From Eledone cirrhosa (lineage: Eukaryota): 64,000 nt of DNA. Under the pieces are notes generated by a model. The model saw only the letters and a list, made by a program, of their open reading frames with translations, was not told the DNA's origin and ran no database searches. Below, one piece after another: positions 33,201 through 49,300 of this stretch. The position numbers were made by a program, and so were the translations under genes. Each line of letters starts with the position of its first letter. Positions within the stretch are counted from its first letter, which is position 1. The stretch covers positions 1,798,001 to 1,862,000 of the forward strand of contig OZ024741.1 of NCBI GenBank assembly GCA_964016885.1, in the 5' to 3' direction.

Positions 33201-36200
33201 TGTCCTGGGTATATTGTTATATATTATATAGACTGGTGCTACCTGTCCTGTATATATTGGTATATAGTACATAGACGGGTGTTACCTGTCCTGGGTATAT
33301 TGGTATATAATATATAGAGTGGTGTTACCTCTCCTGGGTATATTGGTATATATTATATAGACTGCTGTTACCTATCCAGGGTATATTGGTATATAGTATA
33401 TAGACTGCTGTTACCCGACCCTGGTATATTCGTATATAGTATATAGACTGGTGTTACCTGTCCTGGATATATTGATATATAGTATATAGACTGGTGTTAC
33501 CTGTCCTGGGTATATTGGTATATAGTATATAGACTGGTGTTACCTCTCCTGGGTATATTGGTATATACTATATAGACTGGTGTTACCTGTCCTGGGTATA
33601 TTGGTATATAGTATATAGACTGGTGTTACCTCTCCCTTTTATATTGGTAAATAGTATATAGACTGGTGTTTCCTGACCTGGGTACATTGGTATATAGTAT
33701 ATAGACAGGTGTTACCTCTCCTGGGTATATTGGTATATAGTATATAGACAGGTGTTACTTCTCCTGGGTATATTGTTATATACTATATAGCCTGGTGTTA
33801 CATGTCCTGGGTATATTGGTATACAGTATATAGACTGGTGTTACTTCTCCTGGCTATATTGGTATATAGTATATAGACTGGTGTTACCTGTCCTGGATAT
33901 ATTGGTATATAGTATATAGACTGGTGTTACCTGTCCTGGGTATATTGGTATATAGTATATAGACTTGTGTTACCTCTCCTGGGTATATTGGTATATAGTA
34001 TATAGACTGGTGTTACCTGTCCTGGGTATATTGGTATATAGTATATAGTCTGGTGTTACCTGTCCTGGGTATATTGGTATATAGTGTATAGAGAGGTGTT
34101 ACCTGTCCTGGGTATATTGGTATATAGTATATAGACTGGTGTTACCCACTCCTTGGTAAATTGGTATATAGTATATTGACTGGTGTTACCTCTCTCCGGT
34201 ATATTGGTATATAGTATATACACTGGTGTTACCTGTCCTGGTTATATTGGTATATAGTATATAGTCTGGTGTTACCTGTCCGGGGTATATTGGTATATAG
34301 TATATAGACTGGTGTTACCTGTCCTGGGTATATTGGTATATAGTATATAGACAGTTGTTCCTTCTCCCTGGTATATTTTAGTATATAGTATATAGACTGG
34401 TGTTACCTCTGTGGGTATATTGGTATATACTATATAGACTTGTGTTTCCTCTCCTGGGTATATTGGTATATACTATATAGACTGGTGTTACCTATCCTGG
34501 GTATATTGGTATATAGTATATAGACTGGTGGTACCCTGTCCTGGGTATATTGGTATATAGTATATAGACTGGTGTTACCTCTCCTGGATACATTGGTATA
34601 TAGTATATAGTCTGGTGTTACATGTCCTGGGTATATTGGTATATAGTACATAGACATGTGTTACCTCACCTGGGTATATTGGTATATAGTATATAGACTG
34701 GTGTTACCTCTCCCTGGTATATTGGTATATAGTATATAGTATATAGACTGGTGTTACCTGTCCTGGGTATATCGGTATATAGTATATCAGCTGGTGATAC
34801 CTGTCCTGGGTATATTGGTATATAGTATATAGACTGGTGTTACCTGTCCTGGGTATATTGGTGTATGTTATATAGACTGGTTTTACCTGTCCTGGGTATA
34901 TTGGTATATAGTATATAGACAGGTGTTACCTCTCCTGGGTATATTGGTATATAGTATATAGACTGGTGTTACCTGTCCTGGGTATATTGATATATAGTAT
35001 ATAGACATGTCTTACCTCTCCTGGGCATATTGGTATATAGTATATAGCCTGGTGTTACATGTCCTGGGTATATTGGTATATACTATATAGACTGGTGTTA
35101 CCTGTTCTGGATATATTGGTATATAGTATATAGACTGGGGTTACCTGTCCTGGGTATATTGGTATATAGTATATAGAGTGGTGTTACCTCTCCTGGGTAT
35201 ATTGGTATATAGTACATAGACTGCTGTTACCCGACCCTGGTATATTCGTATATAGTATATAGACTGGTGTTACCTCTCCTGGGTATATTGGTATATACTA
35301 TATAGACTGGTGTTACCTGTCCTGGGTATATTGGTATATAGTATATAGACTGGTGTTACCTGTCCTGGGTATATTGTTATATTGGTATATAGTATATAGA
35401 CTGGTGTTACCTCTTCCTTTTATATTGGTATATAGTATATAGACTGGTGTTACCTGTCCTGGGTACATTGGTATATAGTATATAGACAGGTGTTACCTCT
35501 CCTGGGTATATTGGTATATAGTATATAGACAGGTGTTACTTCTCCTGGGTATATTGTTATATACTATATAGCCTGGTGTTACATGTCCTGGGTATATTGG
35601 TATGCAGTATAAAGACTGGTGTTACTTCTCCTGGCTATATTGGTATATAGTATAAAGACTGGTGTTACCTGTCCTGGATATATTGGTATATAGTATATAG
35701 ACTGGTGTTACCTCTCCTGGGTATATTGGTATATAGTATATAGACAGGTGTTATCTCTCCTGGGTATATTGGTATATACTATATAGCCTGGTGTTACATG
35801 TCCTGGGTATATTGTTATATATTATATAGACTGGTGTTACCTGTCCTGGATATATTGGTATATAGTATATAGACTGGTGTTACCTGTCCTAGGTATATTG
35901 CTATATAGTATATAGACTGGTGTTACCTCTCCTGGGTATATTGGTATATACTATATAGACTGGTGTTACCTGTCCTGGGTATATTGGTATATAGTATATA
36001 GACTGGTGTTACCTGTCCTGGGTATATTGGTATATTGGTATATAGTATATAGACTGGTGTTACCTCTCCCTTTTATATTGGTATATAGTATATAGACTGG
36101 TGTTACCTGTCCTGGGTACATTGGTATATATCATATAGACAGGTGTTACCTCTCCTGGGTATATTGGTATACAGTATATAGACAGGTGTTACTTCTCCTG

Positions 36201-39200
36201 GGTGTATTGTTATATACTATATAGCCTGGTGTTACATGTCCTGGGTATATTGGTATATAGTATATAGAGAGGTGTTACCTGTCCTGGGTATATTGGTATA
36301 TAGTATATAGACTGGTGTTACCCAGTCCTTGGTATATTGGTATATAGTATATTGACTGGTGTTACCTCTCCCCGGTATATTGGTATATAGTATATACACT
36401 GGTGTTACCTGTCCTGGTTATATTGGTATATAGTATATAGTCTGGTGTTACCTGTCCTGGGTATATTGGTATATAGTATATAGACTGGTGTTACCTGTCC
36501 AGGGTATATTGGTATATAGTATATAGACAGTTGTTCCTTCTCCCTGGTATATTTGAGTATATAGTATATAGACTGGTGTTACCTCTGTGGGTATATTGGT
36601 ATATACTATATAGACTGGTATATTTTATATTGACTGGTGTTACCTGTTCTGGGTATAAGGGTATATAGTATAAAGACTTGTGTTTCCTCTCGTGGGTATA
36701 TTGGTATATAATATATAGACTCGTGTTATCTCTCCTGGGTATATTGGTATATAGTATATAGACTGGTGTTACCTCTCCTGGGTATATTGGTATATAGTAT
36801 ATCGACTGATGTTACCTGTCCTGGGTATATTGGTATATAGTATATAGACTGGTGTTACCTGTCCTGGGTATATTGGTATATAGTATATAGACTGGTGTTA
36901 CCTCTCCTGGGTATATTGGTATATACTATATAGACAGGTGTTACCTCTCCTGGGTATATTGGTATATACTATATAGACTGGTGTTACCTATCCTGGGTAC
37001 ATTGGTATATAGTATATAGACTGGTGTTACCCTGTCCTGAGTATATTGGTATATAGTACATAGACATGTGTTACCTCACCTGGCTATATTGGTATATAGT
37101 ATATAGACTGGTGTTACCTCTCCCTAGTATATTGGTATATAGTATATAGTATATAGACTGGTGTTACCTGTCCTGGGTATATTGGTATATAGTATATTAG
37201 CTGATGATACCTGTACTGGGTATATTGGTATATAGTATATAGACTGGTGTTACCTGTCCTGGGTATATTGGTATATGGTATATAGACTGGTTTTACCTGT
37301 CTGGGTATATTGGTATCTAGTATATAGACAGGTGTTACCTCTCCTGGGTATATTGGTATATAGTATATAGACTGGTGTTACCTGTCCTGGGTATATTGAT
37401 ATATAGTATATAGACAGGAGTTACCTCTCCTGGGTATATTGGTATATAGTATATAGACAGGTGTTACCTCTCCTGGGTATATTGGTATATAGTATATAGA
37501 CTGCTGTTACCCAACCCTGGTATATTCGTATATAGTATATAGACTGGTGTTACCTGTCCTGGATATATTGGTATATAGTATATAGACTGGTGTTACCTCT
37601 CCCTAGTATATTGGTATATAGTATATAGTATATAGACTGGTGTTACCTGTCCTGGGTATATTGGTATATAGTATATTAGCTGATGATACCTGTACTGGGT
37701 ATATTGGTATATAGTATATAGACTGGTGTTACCTGTCCTGGGTATATTGGTATATACTATATAGACTGGTGTTACCTGTCCTGGATATATTGGTATATAG
37801 TATATAGACTGGGGTTACCTGTCCTGGGTATATTGGTATATAGTATATAGAGTGGTTGTACCTCTCCTGGGTATATTGGTATATAGTATATAGACGGCTG
37901 TTACCTTTCCTGGGTATATTGGTATATAGTATATAGACTGCTGTTACCCGACCCTGGTATATTCGTATATAGTATATAGACTGGTGTTACCTGTCCTGGA
38001 TATATTGGTATATAGTATATAGACTGGTGTTACCTGTCCTGGGTATATTGGTATATACTATATAGACTGGTGTTACCTGTCCTGGGTATATTGGTATATA
38101 GTATATAGAGTGGTGTTACCTGTCCTGGGTATATTGTTATATTGGTATATAGTATATAGACTGGTGTTACCTCTCCCTTTTATATTGGTATATAGTATAT
38201 AGACTGGTGTTACCTGTCCTGGGTACATTGGTGTATAGTATATAGACAGGTGTTACCTCTCCTGGGTATATTGGTATATAGTACATAGACAGGTGTTACT
38301 TCTCCTGGGTATATTGTTATATGCTATATAGCCTGGTGTTACATGTCCTGGGTATATTGGTATACAGTATATAGACTGGTGTTACTTCTCCTGGCTATAT
38401 TGTTATATAGTATATAGACTGGTGTTACCTGTCCTGGATATATTGGTATATAGTATATAGACTGGTGTTACCTGTCCTGGGTATATTGGTATATAGTATA
38501 TAGACTCGTGTTACCTCTCATGGGTATATTGGTATATAGTATATAGACTGGTGTTACCTGTCCTGGGTATATTGGTATATAGTACATAGTCTGGTGTTAC
38601 CTCTCCTGGGTATATTGGTATATACTATATAGACTGGTGTTACCTGTCCTGGGTATATTGGTATATAGTATATAGACTGGTGTTACCTCTCCCTTTTATA
38701 TTGGTATATAGTATATAGACTGCTGTTAACCGACCCTGGTATATTCGTATATAGTATATAGACTGGTGTTACCTGTCCTGGATATATTGGTATATAGTAT
38801 ATAGACTGGTGTTACCTGTCCTGGGTATATTGGTATATAGTATATAGACTGGTGTTACCTCTCCTGGGTATATTGGTATATAGTATATAGACAGGTGTTA
38901 CTTCTCCTGGGTATATTGTTATATACTATATAGCCTGGTGTTACATGTCCTGGGTATATTGGTATACAGTATAAAGTCTGGTGTTACTTCTCCTGGCTAT
39001 ATTGGTATATAGTATATAGACTGGTGTTACCTGTCCTGGATATATTGGTATATATTATATAGACTGGTGTTACCTCTCCTGGGTATATTGGTTTATAGTA
39101 TATAGACAGGTGTTATCTCTCCTGGGTATATTGGTATATACTATATAGCCTGGTGTTACCTGTCCTGGGTATATTGTTATATATTATATAGACTGGTGTT

Positions 39201-41900
39201 ACCTGTCCTGGATATATTGGTATATAGTATATAGACTGGTGTTACCTGTCCTAGGTATATTGGTATATAGTATATAGACTGGTGTTACCTCCCCTGGGTA
39301 TATTGGTATATACTATATAGACTGGTGTTACCTGTCCTGGGTATATTGGTATATAGTATATAGACTGGTGTTACCTGTCCTGGGTATATTGGTATATTGG
39401 TATATTATATATAGACTGGTGTTACCTCTCCCTTTTATATTGGTATATAGTATATAGACTGGTGTTATCTGTCCTGGGTACATTGGTATATATTATATAG
39501 ACAGGTGTTACCTCTCCTGGGTATATTGGTATATAGTACATAGACAGGTGTTACTTCTCCTGGGTATATTGTTATATGCTATATAGCCTGGTGTTACATG
39601 TCCTGGGTATATTGGTATACAGTATATAGACTGGTGTTACTTCTCCTGGCTATATTGTTATATAGTATATAGACTGGTGTTACCTGTCCTGGATATATTG
39701 GTATATAGTATATAGACTGGTGTTACCTGTCCTGGGTATATTGGTATATAGTATATAGACTCGTGTTACCTCTCATGGGTATATTGGTATATAGTATATA
39801 GACTGGTGTTACCTGTCCTGGGTATATTGGTATATAGTACATAGTCTGGTGTTACCTCTCCTGGGTATATTGGTATATACTATATAGACTGGTGTTACCT
39901 GTCCTGGGTATATTGGTATATAGTATATAGACTGGTGTTACCTCTCCCTTTTATATTGGTATATAGTATATAGACTGCTGTTAACCGACCCTGGTATATT
40001 CGTATATAGTATATAGACTGGTGTTACCTGTCCTGGATATATTGGTATATAGTATATAGACTGGTGTTACCTGTCCTGGGTATATTGGTATATAGTATAT
40101 AGACTGGTGTTACCTCTCCTGGGTATATTGGTATATAGTATATAGACAGGTGTTACTTCTCCTGGGTATATTGTTATATACTATATAGCCTGGTGTTACA
40201 TGTCCTGGGTATATTGGTATACAGTATAAAGTCTGGTGTTACTTCTCCTGGCTATATTGGTATATAGTATATAGACTGGTGTTACCTGTCCTGGATATAT
40301 TGGTATATATTATATAGACTGGTGTTACCTCTCCTGGGTATATTGGTTTATAGTATATAGACAGGTGTTATCTCTCCTGGGTATATTGGTATATACTATA
40401 TAGCCTGGTGTTACCTGTCCTGGGTATATTGTTATATATTATATAGACTGGTGTTACCTGTCCTGGATATATTGGTATATAGTATATAGACTGGTGTTAC
40501 CTGTCCTAGGTATATTGGTATATAGTATATAGACTGGTGTTACCTCCCCTGGGTATATTGGTATATACTATATAGACTGGTGTTACCTGTCCTGGGTATA
40601 TTGGTATATAGTATATAGACTGGTGTTACCTGTCCTGGGTATATTGGTATATTGGTATATTATATATAGACTGGTGTTACCTCTCCCTTTTATATTGGTA
40701 TATAGTATATAGACTGGTGTTATCTGTCCTGGGTACATTGGTATATATTATATAGACAGGTGTTACCTCTCCTGGGTATATTGGTATACAGTATATAGAC
40801 AGGTGTTACTTCTCCTGGGTATATTGTTATATACTATATAGCCTGGTGTTACATGTCCTGGGTATATTGGTATATAGTATATAGAGAGGTATTACCTGTC
40901 CTGGGTATATTGGTATATAGTATATAGACTGGTGTTACCCAGTCCTTGGTATATTGGTATATAGTATATTGACTGGTGTTACCTCTCCCCGGTATATTGG
41001 TATATAGTATATACACTGGTGTTACCTGTCCTGGTTATATTGGTATATAGTATATAGTCTGGTGTTACCTGTCCTGGGTATATTGGTATATAGTATATAG
41101 ACTGGTGTTACCTGTCCTGGGTATATTGGTATATAGTATATAGACTGGTGTTACCTCTCCTGGGTATATTGGTATATAGTATATAGACAGGTGTTACTTC
41201 TGGGTATATTGTTATATACTATATAGCCTGGTGTTACCTGTCCTGGTCATATTGGTATATAGTATATAGTCTCGTTTTACATGTCCTGGGTATATTGGTA
41301 TATAGTATATAGACTGGTGTTACCTGTCCTGGGTATATTGGTATATAGTATATAGACTGGTGTTACCTCTCCTGGGTATATTGGTATATAGTATATAGAC
41401 TGGTGTTACTTCTCCTGGCTATATTCGTATATAGTATATAGACTGGTGTTACCTGTTCTGGATATATTGGTATATAGTATATAGACTGGTGTTACCTGTC
41501 CTGGGTATATTGGTATATAGTATATAGACTGGTGTTACCTCTCCTGGGTATATTGGTATATAGTATATAGACTGGTGTTACCTGTCCAGGGTATATTGGT
41601 ATATAGTATATAGACAGTTGTTCCTTCTCACTGGTATATTTTAGTATATAGTATATAGACTGGTGTTACCTCTGTGGGTTTATTGGTATATACTATATAG
41701 ACTGGTATATTTTATATTGACTGGTGTTACCTGTTCTGGGTATAAGGGTATATAGTATAAAGACTTGTTTTTCCTCTCGTGGGTATATTGGTATATAATA
41801 TATAGACTCGTGTTATCTCTCCTGGGTATATTGGTATATAGTATATAGAGTGGTGTTTCCTCTCCTGGGTATATTGGTATATAGTATATAGACTGGTGTT
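14170..41900. repeat. ~13.1-kb tandem segmental duplication of the satellite (copy 1 ~14170-27270; copy 2 from ~27270, with internal rearrangements after ~37490)
   Basis: ORF-track pairs 14348/27449, 15123/28224, 15469/28570, 17198/30299 and 19311/32412 are all offset by exactly 13101; 21286/34430 by 13144 (=13101+43). Marker CTAGAAAAAC at 17528/30629. Confidence 0.9.
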
Positions 41901-44900
41901 ACCTGTCCTGGGTATATTGGTATATAGTACATAGTCTGGTGTTACCTCTCCTGGGTATATTGGTATATACTATATAGACTGGTGTTACCTGTCCTGGGTA
42001 TATTGGTATATAGTATATAGACTGGTGTTACCTCTCCCTTTTATATTGGTATATAGTATATAGACTGCTGTTACCCGACCCTGGTATATTCGTATATAGT
42101 ATATAGACTGGTGTTACCTGTCCTGGATATATTGGTATATAGTATATAGACTGGTGTTACCTGTCCTGGGTATATTGGTATATAGTATATAGACTGGTGT
42201 TACCTCTCCTGGGTATATTGTTATATTGGTATATAGTGTATAGACTGGTGTTACCTCTCCCTTTTATATTGGTATATAGTATATAGACTGGTGTTACCTG
42301 TCCTGGGTACATTGGTGTATAGTATATAGACAGGTGTTACCTCTCCTGGGTATATTGGTATATAGTACATAGACAGGTGTTACTTCTCCTGGGTATATTG
42401 TTATATGCTATATAGCCTGGTGTTACATGTCCTGGGTATATTGGTATACAGTATATAGACTGGTGTTACTTCTCCTGGCTATATTGTTATATAGTATATA
42501 GACTGGTGTTACCTGTCCTGGATATATTGGTATATAGTATATAGACTGGTGTTACCTGTCCTGGGTATATTGGTATATAGTATATAGACTCGTGTTACCT
42601 CTCATGGGTATATTGGTATATAGTATATAGACTGGTGTTACCTGTCCTGGGTATATTGGTATATAGTACATAGTCTGGTGTTACCTCTCCTGGGTATATT
42701 GGTATATACTATATAGACTGGTGTTACCTGTCCTGGGTATATTGGTATATAGTATATAGACTGGTGTTACCTCTCCCTTTTATATTGGTATATAGTATAT
42801 AGACTGCTGTTAACCGACCCTGGTATATTCGTATATAGTATATAGACTGGTGTTACCTGTCCTGGATATATTGGTATATAGTATATAGACTGGTGTTACC
42901 TGTCCTGGGTATATTGGTATATAGTATATAGACTGGTGTTACCTCTCCTGGGTATATTGGTATATAGTATATAGACAGGTGTTACTTCTCCTGGGTATAT
43001 TGTTATATACTATATAGCCTGGTGTTACATGTCCTGGGTATATTGGTATACAGTATAAAGTCTGGTGTTACTTCTCCTGGCTATATTGGTATATAGTATA
43101 TAGACTGGTGTTACCTGTCCTGGATATATTGGTATATATTATATAGACTGGTGTTACCTCTCCTGGGTATATTGGTTTATAGTATATAGACAGGTGTTAT
43201 CTCTCCTGGGTATATTGGTATATACTATATAGCCTGGTGTTACCTGTCCTGGGTATATTGTTATATATTATATAGACTGGTGTTACCTGTCCTGGATATA
43301 TTGGTATATAGTATATAGACTGGTGTTACCTGTCCTAGGTATATTGGTATATAGTATATAGACTGGTGTTACCTCCCCTGGGTATATTGGTATATACTAT
43401 ATAGACTGGTGTTACCTGTCCTGGGTATATTGGTATATAGTATATAGACTGGTGTTACCTGTCCTGGGTATATTGGTATATTGGTATATTATATATAGAC
43501 TGGTGTTACCTCTCCCTTTTATATTGGTATATAGTATATAGACTGGTGTTATCTGTCCTGGGTACATTGGTATATATTATATAGACAGGTGTTACCTCTC
43601 CTGGGTATATTGGTATATAGTACATAGACAGGTGTTACTTCTCCTGGGTATATTGTTATATGCTATATAGCCTGGTGTTACATGTCCTGGGTATATTGGT
43701 ATACAGTATATAGACTGGTGTTACTTCTCCTGGCTATATTGTTATATAGTATATAGACTGGTGTTACCTGTCCTGGATATATTGGTATATAGTATATAGA
43801 CTGGTGTTACCTGTCCTGGGTATATTGGTATATAGTATATAGACTCGTGTTACCTCTCATGGGTATATTGGTATATAGTATATAGACTGGTGTTACCTGT
43901 CCTGGGTATATTGGTATATAGTACATAGTCTGGTGTTACCTCTCCTGGGTATATTGGTATATACTATATAGACTGGTGTTACCTGTCCTGGGTATATTGG
44001 TATATAGTATATAGACTGGTGTTACCTCTCCCTTTTATATTGGTATATAGTATATAGACTGCTGTTAACCGACCCTGGTATATTCGTATATAGTATATAG
44101 ACTGGTGTTACCTGTCCTGGATATATTGGTATATAGTATATAGACTGGTGTTACCTGTCCTGGGTATATTGGTATATAGTATATAGACTGGTGTTACCTC
44201 TCCTGGGTATATTGGTATATAGTATATAGACAGGTGTTACTTCTCCTGGGTATATTGTTATATACTATATAGCCTGGTGTTACATGTCCTGGGTATATTG
44301 GTATACAGTATAAAGTCTGGTGTTACTTCTCCTGGCTATATTGGTATATAGTATATAGACTGGTGTTACCTGTCCTGGATATATTGGTATATATTATATA
44401 GACTGGTGTTACCTCTCCTGGGTATATTGGTTTATAGTATATAGACAGGTGTTATCTCTCCTGGGTATATTGGTATATACTATATAGCCTGGTGTTACCT
44501 GTCCTGGGTATATTGTTATATATTATATAGACTGGTGTTACCTGTCCTGGATATATTGGTATATAGTATATAGACTGGTGTTACCTGTCCTAGGTATATT
44601 GGTATATAGTATATAGACTGGTGTTACCTCCCCTGGGTATATTGGTATATACTATATAGACTGGTGTTACCTGTCCTGGGTATATTGGTATATAGTATAT
44701 AGACTGGTGTTACCTGTCCTGGGTATATTGGTATATTGGTATATTATATATAGACTGGTGTTACCTCTCCCTTTTATATTGGTATATAGTATATAGACTG
44801 GTGTTATCTGTCCTGGGTACATTGGTATATATTATATAGACAGGTGTTACCTCTCCTGGGTATATTGGTATACAGTATATAGACAGGTGTTACTTCTCCT

Positions 44901-46310
44901 GGGTATATTGTTATATACTATATAGCCTGGTGTTACATGTCCTGGGTATATTGGTATATAGTATATAGAGAGGTATTACCTGTCCTGGGTATATTGGTAT
45001 ATAGTATATAGACTGGTGTTACCCAGTCCTTGGTATATTGGTATATAGTATATTGACTGGTGTTACCTCTCCCCGGTATATTGGTATATAGTATATACAC
45101 TGGTGTTACCTGTCCTGGTTATATTGGTATATAGTATATAGTCTGGTGTTACCTGTCCTGGGTATATTGGTATATAGTATATAGACTGGTGTTACCTGTC
45201 CTGGGTATATTGGTATATAGTATATAGACTGGTGTTACCTCTCCTGGGTATATTGGTATATAGTATATAGACAGGTGTTACTTCTGGGTATATTGTTATA
45301 TACTATATAACCTGGTGTTACCTGTCCTGGTCATATTGGTATATAGTATATAGTCACGTTTTACATGTCCTGGGTATATTGGTATATAGTATATAGACTG
45401 GTGTTACCTGTCCTGGGTATATTGGTATATAGTATATAGACTGGTGTTACCTCTCCTGGGTATATTGGTATATAGTATATAGACTGGTGTTACTTCTCCT
45501 GGCTATATTCGTATATAGTATATAGACTGGTGTTACCTGTTCTGGATATATTGGTATATAGTATATAGACTGGTGTTACCTGTCCTGGGTATATTGGTAT
45601 ATAGTATATAGACTGGTGTTACCTCTCCTGGGTATATTGGTATATAGTATATAGACTGGTGTTACCTGTCCAGGGTATATTGGTATATAGTATATAGACA
45701 GTTGTTCCTTCTCACTGGTATATTTTAGTATATAGTATATAGACTGGTGTTACCTCTGTGGGTTTATTGGTATATACTATATAGACTGGTATATTTTATA
45801 TTGACTGGTGTTACCTGTTCTGGGTATAAGGGTATATAGTATAAAGACTTGTTTTTCCTCTCGTGGGTATATTGGTATATAATATATAGACTCGTGTTAT
45901 CTCTCCTGGGTATATTGGTATATAGTATATAGAGTGGTGTTTCCTCTCCTGGGTATATTGGTATATAGTATATAGACTGGTGTTACCTGTCCTGGGTATA
46001 TTGGTATATAGTACATAGTCTGGTGTTACCTCTCCTGGGTATATTGGTATATACTATATAGACTGGTGTTACCTGTCCTGGGTATATTGGTATATAGTAT
46101 ATAGACTGGTGTTACCTCTCCCTTTTATATTGGTATATAGTATATAGACTGCTGTTACCCGACCCTGGTATATTCGTATATAGTATATAGACTGGTGTTA
46201 CCTGTCCTGGATATATTGGTATATAGTATATAGACTGGTGTTACCTGTCCTGGGTATATTGGTATATAGTATATAGACTGGTGTTACCTCTCCTGGGTAT
46301 ATTGGTATAT
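38150..46310. repeat. Nested duplications: a 1255-bp (~29-monomer) tandem pair inside a 4084-bp unit that is itself duplicated
   Basis: Rare variant ATGCTATATAGCC at 38321, 39576 (+1255), 42405 (+4084 from 38321) and 43660 (+1255). Boundaries approximate. Confidence 0.8.
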
Positions 46311-49300
46311 AGTATATAGACAGGTGTTACTTCTCCTGGGTATATTGTTATATACTATATAGCCTGGTGTTACATGTCCTGGGTATATTGGTATACAGTA
46401 TAAAGTCTGGTGTTACTTCTCCTGGCTATATTGGTATATAGTATATAGTCTGGTGTTACCTGTCCTGGATATATTGGTATATATTATATAGACTGGTGTT
46501 ACCTCTCCTGGGTATATTGGTTTATAGTATATAGACAGGTGTTATCTCTCCTGGGTATATTGGTATATACTATATAGCCTGGTGTTACCTGTCCTGGGTA
46601 TATTGTTATATATTATATAGACTGGTGTTACCTGTCCTGGATATATTGGTATATAGTATATAGACTGGTGTTACCTGTCCTAGGTATATTGGTATATAGT
46701 ATATAGACTGGTGTTACCTCCCCTGGGTATATTGGTATATACTATATAGACTGGTGTTACCTGTCCTGGGTATATTGGTATATAGTATATAGACTGGTGT
46801 TACCTGTCCTGGGTATATTGGTATATTGGTATATTATATATAGACTGGTGTTACCTCTCCCTTTTATATTGGTATATAGTATATAGACTGGTGTTATCTG
46901 TCCTGGGTACATTGGTATATATTATATAGACAGGTGTTACCTCTCCTGGGTATATTGGTATACAGTATATAGACAGGTGTTACTTCTCCTGGGTATATTG
47001 TTATATACTATATAGCCTGGTGTTACATGTCCTGGGTATATTGGTATATAGTATATAGAGAGGTATTACCTGTCCTGGGTATATTGGTATATAGTATATA
47101 GACTGGTGTTACCCAGTCCTTGGTATATTGGTATATAGTATATTGACTGGTGTTACCTCTCCCCGGTATATTGGTATATAGTATATACACTGTTGTTACC
47201 TGTCCTGGTTATATTGGTATATAGTATATAGTCTGGTGTTACCTGTCCTGGGTATATTGGTATATAGTATATAGACTGGTGTTACCTGTCCTGGGTATAT
47301 TGGTATATAGTATATAGACTGGTGTTACCTCTCCTGGGTATATTGGTATATAGTATATAGACAGGTGTTACTTCTCCTGGGTATATTGTTATATACTATA
47401 TAGCCTGGTGTTACCTGTCCTGGTCATATTGGTATATAGTATATAGTCTCGTTTTACATGTCCTGGGTATATTGGTATATAGTATATAGACTGGTGTTAC
47501 CTCTCCTGGGTATATTGGTATATACTATATAGACTGGTGTTACCTGTCCTGGGTATATTGGTATATAGTATATAGACTGGTGTTACCTGTCCTGGGTATA
47601 TTGTTATATTGGTATATAGTATATAGACTGGTGTTACCTCTTCCTTTTATATTGGTATATAGTATATAGACTGGTGTTACCTGTCCTGGGTACATTGGTA
47701 TATAGTATATAGACAGGTGTTACCTCTCCTGGGTATATTGGTATATAGTATATAGACAGGTGTTACTTCTCCTGGGTATATTGTTATATACTATATAGCC
47801 TGGTGTTACATGTCCTGGGTATATTGGTATGCAGTATAAAGACTGGTGTTACTTCTCCTGGCTATATTGGTATATAGTATAAAGACTGGTCTTACCTGTC
47901 CTGGATATATTGGTATATAGTATATAGACTGGTGTTACCTCTCCTGGGTATATTGGTATATAGTATATAGACAGGTGTTATCTCTCCTGGGTATATTGGT
48001 ATATACTATATAGCCTGGTGTTACATGTCCTGGGTATATTGTTATATATTATATAGACTGGTGTTACCTGTCCTGGATATATTGGTATATAGTATATAGA
48101 CTGGTGTTACCTGTCCTAGGTATATTGCTATATAGTATATAGACTGGTGTTACCTCTCCTGGGTATATTGGTATATACTATATAGACTGGTGTTACCTGT
48201 CCTGGGTATATTGGTATATAGTATATAGACTGGTGTTACCTGTCCTGTGATATTGGTATATTGGTATATAGTATATAGACTGGTGTTACCTCTCCCTTTT
48301 ATATTGGTATATAGTATATAGACTGGTGTTACCTGTCCTGGGTACATTGGTATATATCATATAGACAGGTGTTACCTTTCCTGGGTATATTGGTATACAG
48401 TATATAGACAGGTGTTACTTCTCCTGGGTGTATTGTTATATACTATATAGCCTGGTGTTACATGTCCTGGGTATATTGGTATATAGTATATAGAGAGGTG
48501 TTACCTGTCCTGGGTATATTGGTATATAGTATATAGACTGGTGTTACCCAGTCCTTGGTATATTGGTATATAGTATATTGACTGGTGTTACCTCTCCCCG
48601 GTATATTGGTATATAGTATATACACTGGTGTTACCTGTCCTGGTTATATTGGTATATAGTATATAGTCTGGTGTTACCTGTCCTGGGTATATTGGTATAT
48701 AGTATATAGACTGGTGTTACCTGTCCAGGGTATATTGGTATATAGTATATAGACAGTTGTTCCTTCTCCCTGGTATATTTGAGTATATAGTATATAGACT
48801 GGTGTTACCTCTGTGGGTATATTGGTATATACTATATAGACTGGTATATTTTATATTGACTGGTGTTACCTGTTCTGGGTATAAGGGTATATAGTATAAA
48901 GACTTGTGTTTCCTCTCGTGGGTATATTGGTATATAATATATAGACTCGTGTTATCTCTCCTGGGTATATTGGTATATAGTATATAGACTGGTGTTACCT
49001 CTCCTGGGTATATTGGTATATAGTATATCGACTGATGTTACCTGTCCTGGGTATATTGGTATATAGTATATAGACTGGTGTTACCTGTCCTGGGTATATT
49101 GGTATATAGTATATAGACTGGTGTTACCTCTCCTGGGTATATTGGTATATACTATATAGACTGGTGTTACCTCTCCTGGGTATATAGGTATATACTATAT
49201 AGACTGGTGTTACCTATCCTGGGTACATTGGTATATAGTATATAGACTGGTGTTACCCTGTCCTGAGTATATTGGTATATAGTACATAGACATGTGTTAC